A DNA stretch of 64,000 nucleotides from Octopus sinensis. Its lineage: Eukaryota. The stretch's first letter is position 1. Each line of letters opens with the position of its first letter. The position numbers and the translations under genes were made by a program. Where the stretch lies: positions 90,148,001 through 90,212,000 of the forward strand of contig NC_043004.1 of the NCBI RefSeq assembly GCF_006345805.1. Direction: 5' to 3'. Shown here piece by piece: positions 50,836 to 64,000 of this stretch. The notes beneath the pieces are model-generated. The model was not told the origin of the DNA. It ran no database searches and was given only the letters and a program-made list of their open reading frames with translations.

Positions 50836-52364
50836 CCCATAAATAATGCAGCTTTTCATACTTTTTCAAAATTAAGTTCTTTTTTTTTAATCTAAAATTA
50901 TTTTCTACAATGCTCTTCCACCTGTCTGGTAGACTTGCAAGGCCCCTATTCCAAAATTCACTTGTCCGTGACGAAAAATACTCCTTCAGTACTGTACTGA
51001 CCTCGTCTACAGAATTCATATTTTTTCCGTCCAAATGATTTTGAAGACTGCGGAATAAATGATATCAGATGGGGGCAATGTCCAGCAAATATGGTGGATG
51101 GGGCATCGTTTCCCATTCAGACTGCTCCGGCCTTTGGAATGTCATCCTCGTTGTATGTGGCCGAACATTATCCTGATGGAAGAACACCTTCCGTCTTGGA
51201 ACCAAAGATGGTCGTTTTTCTTCTAGCGCTTGCAGCAGTAGATCTCCTTTCTTATCGTTTGGTTTAATTTTAAAAGTTCGAAGTGGACTAAACCTTTCAT
51301 ATCCCACCTAACAAATCATCATCATCATCATCATTGTTCGACCGTGGTCGAGACAATGTGATTTACCATGCTACGCCAGACTTCACGGTCCATCATAGCA
51401 TTACGGAGGTCATGTTGCTGGATGCCTGTATCCCTGGAGATTACATCAGGGTAGGAGAGTGTGCGCCCTCTGGTATTGCGAGTAGAAATTGTCTCGTTTT
51501 CAGCTCTACAACAATGTCCAGCAAACTGGACCCTCCTACCTTTCACAAGAGATGACACAGGTGGTAGTTTCCCATATATTTGCATTTTGGTTGGATGACG
51601 CTTCCACAAGATCTCTCGTGGAACCTAACAAATAATAACACCTTATATGGGTGAAGACCTTCTTTAGCCCTGGGGTGCCGGTGTTTCATCCTTCTCTACC
51701 ACTGTTTTCGGCTCTTGACATTTTTATAGATACTTCTCATCACCCGTCACTATTCAGTCCAAAAAAGGTTCATTCGTGAGACGTGATCGCAAAGAAAGAG
51801 CACATACATATTCACTCTGCGCGCGATTAGACGCGGAAAGTTTGTGAGGAACCCATCGACCCAATTTGCTGACTTTTCCGATGGCACGTAGGTAGCAATG
51901 AATGGTTGAATGACCAAATCCAAGCTTCTCTGCAAGTTCCTCAACAGTTACGGTGGGATTTTGTTCCACCTCCTCGTCGGGCTCTATAGATCTTCCAGGA
52001 CGAGGCTCATCTTCTAGGCTCATCTTCCGGTTCGGAATTTCTGGAATCACCTTTGACACTGGCTTACGCTTATTGTCCGATCCCCACATACTGCATTAAT
52101 ATTCCTCGCTCTTTTCGTTACGTTGTTGCCTTTATTGAACTCATACAACTAAATATGCCGAATATGGTCCTTTGTCACTTCCATTATAGCTTTGAAAAAA
52201 ATAGCTGTTAAAATCGAACTGCACTCTTCAAAACTTGCACTAAGAATAAGGACAAGGTAAAATTACTACCTGCTTTTATAGCAAGTTGATGCAGGGAGTT
52301 TATCCCGACCCCTCCGATTTTTAGTTCACGCAATTGAAAAAACCGCATTATTTATGGGATGACC

Positions 52365-52367
<3 letters not shown>
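50834..52367 (-). mobile_element. Degenerate full-length mariner transposon
   Basis: TIRs gacccataaataatgc / gcattatttatgggatgaccc. Peptides SLEDEPRPGR, LGRWVPHKLS, FHQDNVRPH, HPPYLLDIAP, GLASLPDRWKSIV. Confidence 0.9.
51317..51622 (-). mobile_element. RTE-type LINE 3' fragment with (GAT)n tail and 11 bp TSD
   Basis: WKRHPTKMQIYGKLPPVSSLVKGRRVQFAGHC...AMMDREVWR; TSD ACCTAACAAAT at 51306-51316 and 51623-51633. Confidence 0.85.
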
Positions 52368-52395
<28 letters not shown>

Positions 52396-52545
52396 CGAAC
52401 ATTATCGAGTTGGAACACAGAGATCTAATGGATACAAATTAATTTATTAATTAATCAACATATTCGCCAAAAATTGTTTCATTTCACAAACAAAATCAAA
52501 ATTATAAAACATATCTAAATAAATAATTTTGCATTTTAAATACCT

Positions 52546-52778
52546 ATTTCTTTACTGCCCACAAGAGGCTACACACAGAGGGGACAAACAAGGACAGACA
52601 AACGGATTAAGTCGATTACATCGACCCCAGTGCGTAACTGGTACTTAATTTAATCGACCCCGAAAGGATGAAAGGCTAAGTCGACCTCGGCGGAATTTGA
52701 ACCCAGAACGTAATGGCAGACGAAATACGGCTACGCATTTCGCCCGGCGTGCTAACGTTTCTGCCAGCTCGCCGCCCT
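52546..52778 (-). mobile_element. SINE family B, young copy
   Basis: Match to the other copies. Confidence 0.9.
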
Positions 52779-53899
52779 CCAGCAATACATATAACGGTCA
52801 GTTCTTCGTTGCAGTCGAGGGTCACCAATTGTAACGGCTGTTGTTAAGATGTTGGTTGCCAGTGTAACGGTTTGCATTATGATATATGCTGGAGTTGACA
52901 GCGATTGTGACGAGTGCTGTTGTTGCAGATGGGCAAGATGAACGAAGAACAATGATCGAAGTTGTGAAGAAATATTTATTTACCGTTACTTTGTATGCCA
53001 TGCCTTGACGAGCAGGTGTGTGTATCATGTAAAAGCAATAGAGTTATCTTTTCTTGTATGTTGATGCTGTTTATGTTCGGTCAACTGCTAGCTACCTAGC
53101 TAGGAATTAGAGGAAGATAGAGTGAATGTTAAGTGTAGGAAGCCGATAAAATGATACCTTCATTGTGCCTGACATTTAAACAACAGTGGTGTTGTGATAA
53201 TAAGACACTGTATCATAGTTGACATTCTCACTGTAAGCCTTCTTTCAGTTGAATTATCTTACTAACTGGAGTCTGCCTGTACTTGCCTCTGCATCCTCAT
53301 CTCCTTTTTGCCAACTAACTTTTTTCCTACGGTGTTTTAGTATTTATAATTATCCAAACTAGTTAAAAGGAGAGACATATTGCTGAGAGCAATAGATTTT
53401 GCTGGCGGTCTGTTATCGCTATTTCTACCTTTCGGTGGCCTAGAAGAGGTTAGAAGGGTCAAGTGGCAAAGATATTATTCTGCTTAGTGAAGGCATCTGG
53501 CAAGTGTAACAGCTGTCACTCACAGAAAAACTATTGTTTTACCGTGAGAAAAATGCTGTTGAATTGCCAAGTGAAATTTGACTATCGAGGATCGCATCCA
53601 TGCCAAGCCTGCATGAAGCCACCACATGCACATAGAAACACCACCACCACCACAACCAATAACAACAAGACACAACTACTAACCAGAGAAATGATAGGAT
53701 AGAAAGTAGTACAACAGGTATAAACGACACAAACCCTTTTCACACCCTATTCTTCAATCCATGTGATAAACCCTACAACATGAGTTGTATTTATCTGACA
53801 AGCCTGCCCTTCAACAAAAGAGTTTGCATCCCTCAACAGACAAATGATAGAATAGAAGCATGCTTGACCATAGTCAGTATTAAACTTAGACAGATTTTA

Positions 53900-55420
53900 G
53901 AACAATACACTAGAAGATGGAGAGGCACAGCAACTTGACAAGAAGTCTGCAAGTGTCCTGTGTAAGCTCATACAGCGCACAGAAAATAGGAAAATTGTGT
54001 GATTCTCCACAGACAAGTCCGGCAGAATGTCAACAGACAACCTGCCAAACTACATCCAAGTGATGCAACCCAACATCACCAATATGAAGGAAACAAGGGG
54101 ACGAGAGTATGAGGAGAGAGAGAGAAGATCCTTAATGCTCATATAATGTGGTCAAACATCCTAGGGGCAAAAAAGTACACTTCCAGGCCACTAATAACAA
54201 CATCCCAGCACTGTATGGGCTCCACAAGGACCATAAGGCAACCATTGACCCAGTAACAGGACCACCAATGAGACCAGTCTGCGGAGCCAATGTTATCAAC
54301 AACTGCTGGATCTCCTACTTCCTCTCTATGATCATACGCCCTCTGATCAAAATGTACCGGATGTGTGTGACAGTACAGAGAACCTCCTCTGCAGAATCAA
54401 TGACTGCAACCATGCCTACGATCTGATGGGATGCATAATAGGCAATATGGACGTGGTATCTTTATACCCATCTATTGATGTTGATTTTGCAGTGGAGAAA
54501 TGTGTGAAGGTGATCGGCGGGAGCGATGTGGAGTTTCGTGGTGTTGACAAGGAAGAACTGGGCCTCCCCCTGAGACTGGCATGTGACAATGGTTACTTAG
54601 ATGAATATGACCTTAGTTGTTTCTACCCCACTAAATTGGTAAGAAGCAGACCCTCTACTATAACTTCTATGGTCAGGAAGACCCCTAGAGAAAGATAATG
54701 AATGGACCAGAGCTATACAGACCCCTGAAAACGATGATCAGGTTAAAAGGATGGTTGCGCATGTGGTGGGTGCGAGTACCAAGATCACATTCAAGCGCCA
54801 CATATTTAAGTTTAATAACAAGATATATGCCCAAGAGGAAAGTACAGTCATCAGTATCGGTATCAGTATCGCTGGAGATGTGGCTAACCTATTTATGGTA
54901 TGGTGGGATAGGAGACTCAAAGAGAAATTAGCAGAGAACTCCATAACCCTAACCATGTACTCCTGTTACGTGGATGATATCAACATGGATGGAAGCACTC
55001 CGTCGGTTCCGACGACGAGGGTTCCGGTTGATCCGATCAACGGAACAGCCTGCCCGTGAAATTAACGTGTAAGTGGCTGAGCACTCCACAGACATGTGTA
55101 CCCTTAACGTAGTTCTCGGGGATATTCAGCGTGACACAGAGAGTGACAAGGCCGGCCCTTTGAAATACAGGTACAACAGAAACAGGAAGTAAGAGTGAGA
55201 GAAAGTTGTGGTGAAAGAGTACAGCAGGGATCACCACCATCCCCTGCCGGAGCCTCGTGGAGCTTTAGGTGTTTTCGCTCAATAAACACTCATAACGCCC
55301 GGTCTGGGAATCGAAACCGCAATCCTACGACCGCGAGTCCGCTGCCCTAACCACTGGGCCATTGCGCCTCCAATATCAACATAGTATCCAAAGCACCCCT
55401 ACAAGACAATGTTGATGATC
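53900..55420 (+). mobile_element. Degenerate Penelope-like RT, interrupted by SINE C
   Basis: TDKSGR, LYGLHKDHK, PMRPVCGA, GNMDVVSLYPSID, FKFNNKIYAQ, GDVANLFM, YVDDINI. Confidence 0.85.
54987..55372 (-). mobile_element. SINE family C, full length with 10 bp TSD
   Basis: TSD ATATCAACAT at 54977-54986 and 55373-55382. Confidence 0.92.
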
Positions 55421-55425
55421 TAGAA

Positions 55426-57812
55426 CACAGGTTCCCAACCGGTGTGCTACAACACCCTGGAGTGCTGTGAAATATACATATATATGTGCTATCATGACTG
55501 ATCATTTCGAGTCAAAAGTACATTTTGATACTATTTTAACAGTAAATATTATGTAAGCATTACATAAAAATTTTAGCAAAAAGACGCCATTTTAAACTGT
55601 TTTCATCAATTTGTTTTAAAGGTAAAACCTAAATAAATGAAGTTTCGTTTTCATATTCAGAATATTGTTGCAAATATGTGATGTGTTTATTATTTTTTTG
55701 AGTTTTAAAAATCTTTTTGATATTTCTAAATACTAATACTTATATTTCAACTTTTTTTTTATCTTGCTTTTATCACAACCACACTATCTTGTTTTCTTGT
55801 ATTATCTCTGAGTAGTAAATAAAAAGATAATTTACATCATTTTCACTTGTTTTAAATCAGAAGAGGACCTTTAAGTGGCACTACCAATTTTAATGTAATT
55901 TTTTTTATCAAATGATTATTTTATAAATAGAAATAAAACCACTTTTGGAAACAGAAAATCTTTTTATTATATCAATTAAAATAGCAAAACAGAAAAAAGG
56001 AAATTTATTTATTTATTGTAAAGGATATACTTAAATGAAAAGGTGTCAGGAAAGTAGGAAATATGTTTTTTAAAGTGCTCTACATTCTGGAATGTTTAGT
56101 TTTTAGTTGAATTCATTTTTTGTTCTTAAATCAAATTTATAATTTTTGAATTTTTGTCAAAAACATTAATATAGTATTTTAATAGAGATTAAGGATAAGA
56201 AATATTGAATTAATGTGCAATTAAAGTTAAAACTATAAAAATATGTCATATTCTTATTAGTTGAGAGAAAATATAAAATCATATTTGTGGTAAAACTAAA
56301 GTTTTAGGCAATCTTTTAATATAAATATCATAGGGTACTTTTATACTGATTAATTGATAAAGACATTGATATAAGATAATTTTTAAAAAAATTTCTCAAA
56401 CTATTCAATCTAATAGGAATCATATGAGACCAAAAACTCTATAAAAGTTAATGTGTGTGTAGTTTGTGGAGAGACCCTCAGCAATGAGGCAGTGGTACCT
56501 AGCAAGCTCAATCAGCACCTTATTACCAAAACCCTGGTGCGTCACAGAAGGGCTTATCATATTTTTCTCATTTGTTAGGAAGGGCATCCAGCCGTAGAAA
56601 CATTGCCAGATCAGACTGGGCCTGGTGCAGCCTTCTGGCTTCCCAGACCCCAGTTGAACCGTTGAACCCATGCTAGCATGGAAAGCGGACGCTAAATGAT
56701 GATGATGATGATGATGATGATGTTGGAAGGGCAGAGTTAGGCAGCAAGTAAAATGATCAAAAGAGTATTAATATCAGACAAAGCTCTTGAAACTTCCTTC
56801 AGCAGAACTGATAGCAAAGAAAATGAAGCCTCATACAACTGGTGAAGAAATCATTATTCCTGCATGCAACATTATTACTCTTTACTCTTTACTCTTTTAC
56901 TCTTTTACTTGTTTCAGTCATTTGACTGCGGCCATGCTGGAGCACCGCCTTTAGTCAAGCAAATCGACCCCGGGACTTATTCTTTGTAAGCCCAGTACTT
57001 ATTCTATCGGTCTCTTTTGCCGAACCGCTAAGTGACGGGGATATAAACACACCAGCATCGGTTGTCAAGCAATGCTAGGGGGACAAACACAGACACACAA
57101 ACACACACATACATACATATATATATACATATATACGACAGGCTTCTTACAGTTTCCGTCTACCAAATCCACTCACAAGGCATTGGTCGGCCCGGGGCTA
57201 TAGCAGAAGACACTTGCCCAAGATGCCACGCAGTGGGACTGAACCCGGAACCATGTGGTTGGTTAGCAAGCTACTTACCACACAGCCACTCCTGCGCCTA
57301 TAAAATCATATTTGAAACAATGCTTGGCCTATAAAACCATGCGCCTATAAAATCATGTTGAAACAATGCTTGGCAAAGAAGCAAATTTCAAAAGTATCTC
57401 TCTTCAATAATACATTCATAGAATATCTAAAATGTCAACCAATATTAATAAACAAGTTGTGAAGTAGATAAAATTAAATAAAAAAATTTGCTTTGCAAGT
57501 GAATGAGAGTACTGATGTAGCTGATAAGTGCTAACTATTTGGGTTTTGCAGATTCATTGACATAGATATTGTTGAAAAGTTTATGTTCTGCAAAGAATTA
57601 TGCACTACAACCATTGGGAAGGATATCTATGAATCTGTAACTTTGTAGCTCACTGACCATGGTCTTTCATGGAATGACTGTTCTGGCATGTGTATAGATG
57701 GTGCACCATTGATGATAGGAAAGTATAAAGGCTTCATCACTAAAACATTGAAAGAAAATTAATCTATAATTACAACTCACTGCTGCCTACACAGAGATGC
57801 GTTAGTATCAAA
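55426..57812 (+). mobile_element. Degenerate hAT (Buster/Charlie-type) transposon, 3'-truncated, containing SINE D (56572-56720) and SINE A (56875-57300, -)
   Basis: TIR-like cacaggttcccaacc after an nnnTAnnn-type site (atctagaa). Peptides KPHTTGEEIIIPAC, FALQVNESTDV, FMFCKEL, CIDGAPLMIGK, THCCLHRDALVSK (CxxH). Confidence 0.8.
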
Positions 57813-57814
57813 AA

Positions 57815-59640
57815 CGTACGATCAATAGCTATGCCTTCCCATGTGTCAGGAGAGATGCAAGCATCTCTTAAGGAAGCTTTCAGCAAGTCCTTATACCTCT
57901 TTTTTGGTTTATGTGGAGGTTGTTCTCCTTTAGCTAACTCTCCATAAAAGAGTTGTTCTGGCATCCTTGAATCCTTCATTCTGACCAGATGACCACTCCA
58001 TCTGAGCCTTTGCTTTAACACAAGAGCTTCTATACTTTCACACCGAGAGCCTTCCAATATTTCAAGATCACTGATGCGGTCCTCCCACTTAATGCTATAG
58101 ATCCGTCTGAGGCACATCTGATGGAGAAGGGAGCACACATGCCTTGTACACCTTTATCTTTGTCTTTCTGCATATGTCTCGCCGACTCCAGAGGCGCTTT
58201 TCTAGCCTTCCGAAAGCAACACTTGCTTTCCTAATTTTATATGGAATTTCATCATCCACATTGCCATATCTATTAATAGTGCTTCCCAGGTAGACAAACT
58301 GATCAACTACATCAAGTCGTTTACCATACACATAGATATTTGGTACACTATACTGCTTACCAGGGGCAGGTTGATGCATGACAACAGTTTTCTTGAGATT
58401 GACTGTCAATCCTAAGGCAGTGCAAACATCAGAGAATGCATTCAAAATGTGTTGCATATCAATCTCTGTGTGTGCTACTAGCTCACAATCATCCGCATAC
58501 AAAAAGTCTCTTATGATAGAGGTAAATACCTTTGTTTTTGCAGCAAGGTACCTGATATTAAATATGCTGCCAGAGGTTCGATAATGGACATAAACACCGT
58601 ATCTGCAGCTTCTGAATGCAATACAGAACACCATCGCGAAATATATGGAAAATAGGGTCACGCCAGAATATCCCCCTGTTTCACTCCATTTTGTATTGAA
58701 ATGGGCTCCGACATTTTCCCTCTAACATTCACCCTACCATTCATGTCTTCATGAAAAGACCTAACCAAAGCAAGGAACTTTTTAGGACACCAAAGTTTCT
58801 GGAGGACTTTCCACAATGCTTTTCTATTGACGGTATCAAAGGCTTTTGTCAGGTCAACAAAAACCTGATACAAATCCAAACCCTGTTCCACACACTTTTC
58901 CTGAAGCTGTCTAGCTGAAAAGATCATATCAGCAGTGCCACGTCCCACACGAAAGCCATGTGTCAGGAGAGATGCAAGTATCTCTTAAGGAAACCTTCAG
59001 CAAGTCCTTATACCTCTTTTTTGGTTTATGTGGAGGTCATTCTCCTTTAGCTAACTCTCCATAAAAGAGTTGTTTTGGCATCCTTGAATCCTTCATTCTG
59101 ACCAGATGACCACTCCATCTGAGCCTTTGCTTTGACACAAGAGCTTCTATACTTTCACACCGAGAGCCTTCCAATATTTCAAGATCACTGCAATCTGCAA
59201 TGTATTTCTGCAGACGATCCAGAAGTATCCTGCATAAAACCTTTCCTACAGCAGACAGCAATGATACTCCCCTATAGTTACCACAATCATTCCTGTTGTC
59301 CTTTCCCTTATACAGGACCACCATTACTGCATCTCTCCAGTCCTCAGGTACAGATTCACTAGTCCATATCTTACCAAACAAAGAGTGAAGTTTCTGCAGA
59401 AGTTTCTCACCACCATACTGTAACAACTCCGCATGTATGCCATCCATACCCGGAGACTTCCCATTATTCAACCTTGAGACAGCCATTGCAACTTCTCCCA
59501 ACTTTGGTGGTTCCGCGAGTGCTGCCTTCATGGGTAATCCAGGGATGAGATTGAGAACATCCTCACTAACTACAGACTGCCAATTCAAAAGTTCATCAAA
59601 GTGTTCTTGCCACCTTCGCAGAATTCCTTGTGAATCACGA
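57815..59640 (-). mobile_element. RTE-clade LINE, 5'-truncated RT region with frameshifts
   Basis: GKSPGMDGIHAE, CGNYRGVSLLS, FVDLTKAFDTVNR, GVKQGDILA, FLYADD, FVYLGS, LRWSGHLVRM, PEQLFYGEL. Confidence 0.92.
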
Positions 59641-60139
59641 CATACATACATACCTACATACCTAAATACATACAAACATACATACATACATACATACATA
59701 CAAAAATACATACATACATACATACATACATACATACATACATACATACATACATACATGCATACATACATACATACATACATACATACATACATACATA
59801 CATACATACATACTCACTCACTCCTTTTATGCCCAATTTGATGAGTGGGTTGTCAATAATATAGTTTGACAAAAGCAAATCTTACCAAATTTTCAAATTC
59901 AAGGTAGATACATATATGGTGAAACAAAACTGAAACACATAAGTAGATTGTTTGTGAGAAAGAGTTAAATATAAAGGAGTTTGAGTTATTGTGGTAGAAG
60001 TGGTTAGTTTGGGTGACAGGTAGATCAGAGTTCTTTTTCTTTTTTTTTTTTGTATATAATTTAAATAGCCCCAAATACTGTCAAATACTTGAAAAGGATC
60101 TTTTAGCCACCTGTTCCAGTGTGTGGAATTGATGAGAAT

Positions 60140-60450
60140 ACCAATCTTTTTCAAGAAGATGGAACCTCCATGCCATACAAATAAGGTGTTTAAAGCTTGG
60201 GAAAAAAAACCTCATGGAATCAAATCACTGAAATGGGCTGCTCAAAACAACCAGTTTAATCTAAGAGAACATAGATGGGAACACATTGATATAAGGTTGT
60301 GAGTAAGATGATCGAAAATTATGTCAGTTATAGAGCTGCAAGAATTGGATAAACACGGATCTGTATGTCATTGATGATTTAATTAAATCCAAGCCTAATC
60401 AGGTTAAAGCTATGATATTAGCTGAAGGATGACCTACAAAATACTGAGAC
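60140..60450 (+). mobile_element. Tc1-like transposase C-terminal remnant
   Basis: FQEDG..., KWAAQ...NLREH.W and LIKSKPNQVKAMILAEG.PTKY match the Tc1 ending (WPxQSPDLNPIE, GGPTKY). Confidence 0.6.
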
Positions 60451-60567
60451 AAACGTTAATTTCATTTGAGATAATTTTACAAGTTGAATTAACATTTCAT
60501 TTTATTACCCTGTCTATAAAATTATTATAGGCCTCTGTATACACATCATATATATATATATATATAT

Positions 60568-60618
<51 letters not shown>

Positions 60619-60714
60619 GTGGCTAAAGCTGCAGCTCTATAGATGTATTGAAAAATTGATAAATTAATATATTGAAAGATAGTAAAAGGAAACAGATAGA
60701 AACAGTTGGGGTGA

Positions 60715-61105
60715 TGAGTAGGTAAGTAGGTTGGTAGGTAGGTATGTAGGTAGGTAGGTAGGTAGATAGGTAGGTATGTAGGTAGGTACGTAGGTAGGTA
60801 GGTAGGTAAGTAGGTAGGTAGGTAGGTAGCTAGGTATGTAGGTAGGTAAATAGGTAGGTAGGTAGGTAGGTATGTATGTACGTACATAAGTATGTATGTA
60901 TGTATGTATGTACGTACATAAGTATGTATGTATGTACGTACATAAGTATGTATGTATGTATGTATGTATGTATGTATGAATGTATGTAGGTAGGTAGGTA
61001 GGTAGGTAGGTAGGTTTGTAGGTAGGTGGGTAGGTTTGTAGGTAGGTAGGTAGGTTTAGGTAAGTGTGTAGGTAGGTAGGTAGGTAGGTAGATAGGTGGA
61101 TAAAT
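60715..61105. repeat. (GTAG)n/(GTAT)n compound microsatellite
   Basis: Seen directly. Confidence 0.95.
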
Positions 61106-62339
61106 AGGTATGTAGTTGAAAATATAGACAATGAGTAACAAAGGAATGAATATACAAGGAAACAGGTAAAATTTTGATTTGATAGAGTAAAAACTGGGTT
61201 TTTTTTATCACTTAGAGGGCAAGTAGCAGTGTTCATGCCCATTTTTTTTCAGGGTTTCTGATGTAGGCAGAGGAAAAGGAGGAAATAGATTATCCTCAAA
61301 CTGGTAACCTGGCCCAAACATTTAAAACAGAATAAACTTCATTGAAGGCAGCCAAGGACCTGCCCACCAGGTAAGTGGTGTCAAACTGGACAACTGATTA
61401 ATGCATGGAAAACTATTAAGCAGGTAGGAAAGTAAATATAAAGGAAGAGAAGTAAATAGATAGGTAAATAGGTAACAGTGAAGTCTGATATAATGAGGAA
61501 TAGGAAAAAGAAAAGAAGGAAAAAGAAAGAAAATAGGCAGATGACGGTAAGTAAGATAGATGGAGAAACTGACAGCTAGATAGGTAGAAACACAGGTAGA
61601 TGAAAGACAAAGAGATGGATAGAGAATTAGAAAAGATAATAAGCAGACACACAGACATAAGACATAATAAGAGAGATTGAGAGATAGAGAAAATAACAGC
61701 AAGATACAAAGACATGGAAACATATATGTATGTATATGCATGCACACACGCACACACACACACACACACACACGTCACAATAATAAATGTACTGTTTTAA
61801 AAAAAGATTAATTTGTATCTAACACTGCATCAGGAAACACAGATCATGTCTAACTAGTTTTGATAGGAGACCTCCAGACCTGATGTTGAACAATAACAGA
61901 AAAGGAATATTTATAACACAATATTCCCTTTTCACAACTGTTAAAGAGAGGGAAAATAATAATAAAATATATACCTTCATGAATTTGGACAACTGAAAAT
62001 AAAAGTCACTAACTGACAGAAGATTGTCGAATATATACGAACAAGTAGCTACACTTCTCAACAACAAAAATTGAAAACTGAAATAAAGAAAATGTTGTTT
62101 GGATATAGTAAAATTGATCACCTCAAACAGGAATTAAAAGCTGTCAGTGGAAAACATGGTCATCAGAAGAGATTAATTGAAAGAAAAATAATGAATTAGA
62201 TATTCAGTGAAAATCAATCAGTAGTCAAGCAGAAAGATCAATAAAAGTCAGAGAGGGTCTTTTTGCAAAGGTACAGAAATAGTTTTGGAGAAAAATCTGT
62301 GGTAAGAAAAGGGAAATTTAACCAAATCATTGATGTCAG

Positions 62340-63680
62340 CTGGGGACACTGCAGACTGATGAAAATTGCAGACGATATTAATCTGTTTAGTGATACCCCT
62401 GAAATCATGCAAGAGATGACAAGTGTTTGGTCTCTGTATCAATTAGTGAAAGACAAAAGCCTTACACCTACTTGAAAATCAACCCAAGACCATCAATCTT
62501 GGTGGACTAAATATTGAATTTGTTGACTCTTTTACATACCTTGGTAGTAACACTGGCAGAAATGGAAAAGCGGAGATTGATGTTAAGACAAGACTTAACA
62601 GACCAATGGCAATTTTTCAATGACTGAGACCAGTATGGTCATACTCTTCCATCCATCAAAGAATTAAACTTCTTTATCGCATTTATCACAACATCTACAG
62701 CATTGTATGCAAGTGAAATATGAAGGTAGATGGATAGGATTTGCAATATGGTGAATGTTTTTCATTGCTAGTGCCTTAGAAATATCCAGAGATGGGCACC
62801 ATTAATTGAAAAGTTAACTTCATTAACCATTAATCTGTTAACCAAAAAGTTAACTTCAATAACTGTTAATCAGTTAATGTAATGAAAGTTATCAATAAAC
62901 CATTAATGTTAACTTTTATTATCGAAAAAACAAAAAAAAAATCAGTTTTTGCTCTAAAACTACCTAAAATCACCTTTAAAAAGTGCCAGAACTATAAAAT
63001 CAGCCCTTTTTTTGCCTTTTGAAGGGCTTTAGAACCCCAAAACTATAGCTTTTATTTTTTTTTTTGCTTTAGAGTTAAAAAAGGCTGATTGCATAATTTT
63101 AATTTGTACAAGACCTTAAAAAAGGCTGATTTCATAGTTTTGGCTCTTATTTAGGTTTTTAAAGGCTTTTAGAGCCAGAAAGGGGTAAAAAAAAAAACTC
63201 AAATGAAACAAACTAAAAATTAAACTAAAAAAGTTTATTTATAAATGTAACGGAAGTCAAATGTAAAATGTAACGGAAGTTAATTAGTTCAATAATAATT
63301 TCCAAAGTTATCTTAAAAAGTCAAATTGTTAACAAAAATGCTAACTTTGTTTATTAATGATTAACGGATTAACGTTTTGGTGCTCAGGTTTGGCAATATT
63401 CTGAAGATCACCTGGTATGACCACATCACAAATGATGAAATCATAAGAAGAGCTGGCTTAAATAAACTGCAAGACATCATCTCAGCCAGATGAAGGAAGT
63501 TGTTCGGTTATGTACTATGCTCACTGTTAGGAAAATCACTAAGTGGACCAATGCCAGAGGAAAGAGAGAGGCATGCCAGTGAAGATAAGGCAAAGAACTG
63601 CACAGGAAGACTTGATGAAAATGGTTGTTACATGGGAAGAAGAATGGAGTTTGACTTAGATATCACTTGTCTGATGCACT
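62340..63680 (+). mobile_element. Degenerate RTE-type LINE RT, split by a MITE
   Basis: IADDINL, IEFVDSFTYLGS, ALYASE, CLRNI | ILKITWYDHITNDEIIRRAG, LFGYVL. Confidence 0.75.
62787..63392. mobile_element. hAT-like MITE with gttaa subrepeats
   Basis: Imperfect TIRs cagagatgggcacca / tggtgctcaggtttg and degenerate 8 bp TSD gaaatatc/gcaatatt. The LINE frame resumes after it. Confidence 0.65.
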
Positions 63681-63689
63681 TTGAGTGAA

Positions 63690-64000
63690 CAGAGATGAGT
63701 GGCTGTATGGTATGTAGCTTGTTTACCAACCACAAGGTTCCGGGTTCAGTCCCACTGCATGGCACCTTGGGCAAGTGTCTTCTACTATAGCCTCGAGCCG
63801 ACCAAAGCATTGTAAGTGGATTCGGTTGACGGAAACTGAAAGAAGCCCGTCGTATATATGTATATATATATATGCGTGTGTGTGTTTGCATGTCTGTGTT
63901 TGTCCCCTAGCATTGCTTGACAACCGATGCTGGTGTGTTTATGTCCCCGTTACTTAGCAGTTCGGCAAAAGAGACCGATAGAATAAGTACTGGGCTTACA
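63690..64000 (+). mobile_element. SINE family A copy, truncated by the window end
   Basis: Match to the other copies. Confidence 0.88.

Noticed and set aside
61240-61305. Possible plus-strand mini-exon (tttttttcag|gg...ctg|gtaacc)
   Set aside because: Splice-like words only, with no recognisable peptide or partner exons.

Overview
AT-rich, microsatellite-dense animal genomic DNA. The tRNA-derived SINE families and the abundance of (TA)n/(AAT)n/(CATA)n suggest an octopus or other cephalopod (inferred, not verified). One intact protein-coding gene is clear: a single-coding-exon PAQR-family membrane progestin receptor (PAQR7/8-like) on the minus strand at 25858-26877. Most of the rest is decayed, often nested transposons: Penelope-like RT remnants, a Dong/R4-type element in (AAT)n, RTE, CR1 and CRE-like LINE pieces, three mariners, a Tc1 fragment, hAT/Buster elements and MITEs, two Helitron-type elements, Gypsy remnants and four SINE families. 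Most interesting: (1) two tRNA-SINE chimeras, a full tRNA-Gly(GCC) with its trailer fused to a SINE inside one target-site duplication, and a tRNA-Asp 5' half ending in the anticodon fused to another SINE head; (2) several (TA)n-flanked inverted or tandem elements carrying decayed minimal hammerhead-ribozyme-like motifs; (3) a CpG-decay gradient suggesting methylated gene bodies on either side of an unmethylated ~30-53 kb zone; (4) two near-identical tandem duplications that may be assembly artefacts. All calls were made by eye, and repeat boundaries are approximate unless a TSD or TIR is quoted.
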